A stretch of DNA of 64,000 nt from contig CP145412.1 of assembly GCA_036867785.1 (NCBI GenBank), positions 1,116,001-1,180,000 of the forward strand. Reading direction: 5' to 3'. The stretch comes from Plasmodiophora brassicae (lineage: Eukaryota). Positions 61,312-64,000 of the stretch are shown in pieces (the first letter of the stretch is position 1; every line of letters starts with the position of its first letter). The notes below the pieces were generated by a model. It was not told the DNA's origin, searched no databases, and saw only the letters and a list, made by a program, of their open reading frames with translations. Made by a program: the position numbers and the translations under genes.

Positions 61312-63789
61312 ATGGCGGATGAGGTCCAGGGTCGTGCCGCGAAGAAGAGGCGCCCGCCACGCCGAGTACCGTCGACGCTGGAGCGCATGGTCAAGAAGCT
61401 GAACGATATGCGCGTGGCGTCGATGGACGAGCGCGTCGTCATCGCGAATACGATCTGCAATGTGGAAACGGCGGATGCGATGGCGAAGGTCGTTTCGATG
61501 GACGGGCAGTCGCAGCTGGCGAACTGGCTGACGCAAGCGATTGACGAGGGGCATGTCGGTTTGCAGTGTGCACTGCTCCGCCTGTCGATGCGATTACCGC
61601 TGGATATGACCACGACGACACCACTGCATGCTGTTGTCAACGACCTTCTACAGGATAACCCCAGTGTCGACCCGGACGTTCGCGATCTGGCCAAGAGCGT
61701 CTGGGCGCAATGGTCGACGGAACGGCCTGCGCCGAGCCACTTCACGATCACAGTGGGAACCGAAGAGCGCCGGCAAGTGATGTTCGAGCGGGATCCAGAG
61801 TTCCACAGCGAATCTGAAGATGGTAGCAACGTCGGCGAGGAGCAGCCGCCGAACAAGCGGCAACGGCCCGCGAAGAGCCTTCGTTGGGCACCAGAGCACA
61901 AGCTCGAGGCGGTTCGCGTTTTCCATCGTCCTGTAGACGAGCAGCATGGCGGTGGTGCGAAGAAACGAGCTCCACTTGCTGCGCCACCGGTTGCTGTGCG
62001 ACCCCAGCTGGAATCGTGGACGACACCCCCGAAGGTCCACGTGCCTCCAGAGTGCGTCCGTGTCGACCCAGTCGGCAGCGGGGAACGCGCCATGCAGGCC
62101 GCTCGTATCTCGTCGCTCATGGATGTCGTCTATTTCAAACGAGACCAGATCCCACCCAACCCTTCTTTGCCCGATGGCGTCAATACCGGTGCCGACGTCG
62201 TTAATGTGTTTACCAAGGATCTGCTGGTACGCGAGCCGCCCAATCTATGGCCGGAATGGTCCCGTTCTGACCGTGCCTTGCAGATGCTGGAAGCACCCTC
62301 AGGTGGCATGATATCTGCCGTATCGTCAGACGCGCCGCTCGCCCCTCTGCAATCAGTACCAGAGCGGCCTACTGATAGCAATAATGCAGCCATGCTTGAA
62401 GAACTATTGGCAGCTGACCCGTCAATACTGTCGTCGTTGCTGCACGAAGCGGCGATGGTTGGCGTCGGCGGCGACGATCGACCACCGCCAGAGTACTTCA
62501 GCGGTATCCGTCCTCGATCGCCGCCACCGATGCGCCACATGTCACCGCCTCGTCGAGGTTCGGTCCTGAACCCGTTCGGTCTGCCGCTGCCACCATCGCC
62601 TCCTCGACACCTCCCTCCTGCTGACCACATGCCCGGGCCTCCCTATGGTCGTCGTTCTCCTAGTCCGCCGCCTCATCAACGGCCGCCGTCGCCGCCTAGG
62701 CGTCGAAGCCTGTGGGACCGCCGACCTGAACCTCCTGCACGCGGCGATTGGCCTCAACGGCGTCCTCCTCTCGGCCCCGGTGGTGACCGAAATCCCGAGT
62801 TAGACCCCAGGCGAGATTATCCGATGGGCGGGCCCGCTGAACGTCGTATGCCACCGCCTGAGCATTGGGGAGGGCCATATCCGCCTCCAAGAGAGCACCT
62901 CGGGGATTACCTTCGGCAGGGGTACCCGGCGCCAGGACCCATGCGCCCCGATGTGCCGCCCCAGTTCAGGATGCCGCCTGATGACCGACGCGACTTCAGA
63001 CGAGGTGGCCCGCCCCCTGGCCCGTATCCGCCACGAGACTTTCACCCTGATGATATGAGGCCACTACCAAGTGGGCCAAGAGACGCCTATCCAGGACCTC
63101 GCGACTATCCGCCGCTGCCGAGGGAGTTCCCTGCTGACGAACGTGCCATGTATCGAGGGTACCCTCCTCCAGACATGCCCTATGGTGGGCGTCCTCCCCC
63201 ACGAGGTGCCCCGGGTGACTATCCGCCCCATATGCGTCCAGGTATGAGAGACTTCCCGCCACCAGGGCCTCGTGACATGCCACCGCCGGATCGCGCTGGT
63301 CCACGAGATTTCCCGCCTCATGAACGGGGCATCCCGCGTGATCGATCCCCGCCGGGTCGCATGCATCCACATGATCGTCGCGGGTTCCCGCCCCACGATC
63401 GACCATTGCTTCCGTTGCACGATAGAGGAGGTCCCAGGATTCGCGATGAACGATTCGGCGCTCCTCCACCTGGTCCGCCTGGCGGTCGTCGCGATAGAGG
63501 CGGGTCTCGTGATCGTGGTGGTCCTCGAGACGCCAAGCCGAACGGCAGGGACGACTCTGTTCGCGGCGGCTCTCGAGAACGTGCTGGTAAGTGGGAAGGA
63601 CCAAGAGGGCGTGATCCGGATCAGGGCCGAAATCATCCTGAACCCAATCGGCGACCAGCTCGAAAGGGTTCTCGAGACCAAAGTCACGATCCTGCTAATC
63701 GTCCCCAGTCTCCGCCAGCCCCAAGCGATCCAAACCTCGACCAGTTCGGCCGCCTCAAGAAGAATGAAGAGCCCGCCGCAGAATCATAA
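61312..63789 (+). CDS. PNUTS/PPP1R10-like PP1 regulatory subunit, intronless
   Basis: TFIIS-N-like helical N-terminus (LANWL..LLRLSMRLP..LAKSVWAQW); KSLRWAPEHKLEAVRVF (RVxF-type plus phi-phi motif); GSGERAMQAAR..IPPNP; long Pro/Arg/Gly/Asp-rich tail. Confidence 0.72.
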   Translation: MADEVQGRAAKKRRPPRRVPSTLERMVKKLNDMRVASMDERVVIANTICNVETADAMAKVVSMDGQSQLANWLTQAIDEGHVGLQCALLRLSMRLPLDMTTTTPLHAVVNDLLQDNPSVDPDVRDLAKSVWAQWSTERPAPSHFTITVGTEERRQVMFERDPEFHSESEDGSNVGEEQPPNKRQRPAKSLRWAPEHKLEAVRVFHRPVDEQHGGGAKKRAPLAAPPVAVRPQLESWTTPPKVHVPPECVRVDPVGSGERAMQAARISSLMDVVYFKRDQIPPNPSLPDGVNTGADVVNVFTKDLLVREPPNLWPEWSRSDRALQMLEAPSGGMISAVSSDAPLAPLQSVPERPTDSNNAAMLEELLAADPSILSSLLHEAAMVGVGGDDRPPPEYFSGIRPRSPPPMRHMSPPRRGSVLNPFGLPLPPSPPRHLPPADHMPGPPYGRRSPSPPPHQRPPSPPRRRSLWDRRPEPPARGDWPQRRPPLGPGGDRNPELDPRRDYPMGGPAERRMPPPEHWGGPYPPPREHLGDYLRQGYPAPGPMRPDVPPQFRMPPDDRRDFRRGGPPPGPYPPRDFHPDDMRPLPSGPRDAYPGPRDYPPLPREFPADERAMYRGYPPPDMPYGGRPPPRGAPGDYPPHMRPGMRDFPPPGPRDMPPPDRAGPRDFPPHERGIPRDRSPPGRMHPHDRRGFPPHDRPLLPLHDRGGPRIRDERFGAPPPGPPGGRRDRGGSRDRGGPRDAKPNGRDDSVRGGSRERAGKWEGPRGRDPDQGRNHPEPNRRPARKGSRDQSHDPANRPQSPPAPSDPNLDQFGRLKKNEEPAAES

Positions 63790-64000
63790 CTAAACGGCTG
63801 TAGACAGTATTTACAGAGACGAATGGAATTGGCGAATGGTAACGTGAAAAGGTTTTTCTTGCTATACCGTTGTTGTTCTGGACAAGACATCACCATGAAG
63901 CCGATACCGTTCGACGGAAACACGAGGCCACAGCGTCTCTTGCGAAGGGAATATACGACTAAGTGATTAGTGTGAGTGAAACTCCAGTAAGACCAGCCCG

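Noticed and set aside
61099-61554. N-terminal extension of about 150 aa on the 1091-aa S1P ORF
   Set aside because: It overlaps the PNUTS-like gene antisense; the signal peptide begins at MTAAVVV (61098).

Overview
This is compact, GC-rich eukaryotic DNA with many short GT-AG introns of about 50-60 nt. The style suggests a protist such as a plasmodiophorid (Plasmodiophora-like); this is inferred, not verified. Conserved genes include a dynein heavy chain 3' end, Sec24, a UCH-L3-type deubiquitinase, a kinesin, a TDP2-like nuclease, PIG-X, HSP20, a ZIP transporter, a DUG3-like amidotransferase, KIN17, site-1 protease, a PNUTS-like PP1 regulator and tRNA-Asp(GTC). Surface or secreted candidates include a GDPH-VWD membrane protein, a five-module Cys-rich secreted protein, a class-C-like 7TM receptor fused to a bacterial-type trehalose/maltose-binding domain, an S8 protease and a signal-peptide-bearing OTU deubiquitinase. 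Four gene-poor islands (about 17.4-25.2, 31.4-34.6, 42.4-45.2 and 56.8-58.2 kb) hold transposon debris: Penelope-like RT pieces, a piggyBac-like TIR element with an ATCT duplication and a Merlin-like zinc ribbon. They also hold captured host-gene fragments (the UCH 3' end twice, a dead PI4-kinase) and four fold-back inverted duplications. Boundaries of multi-exon genes are approximate.
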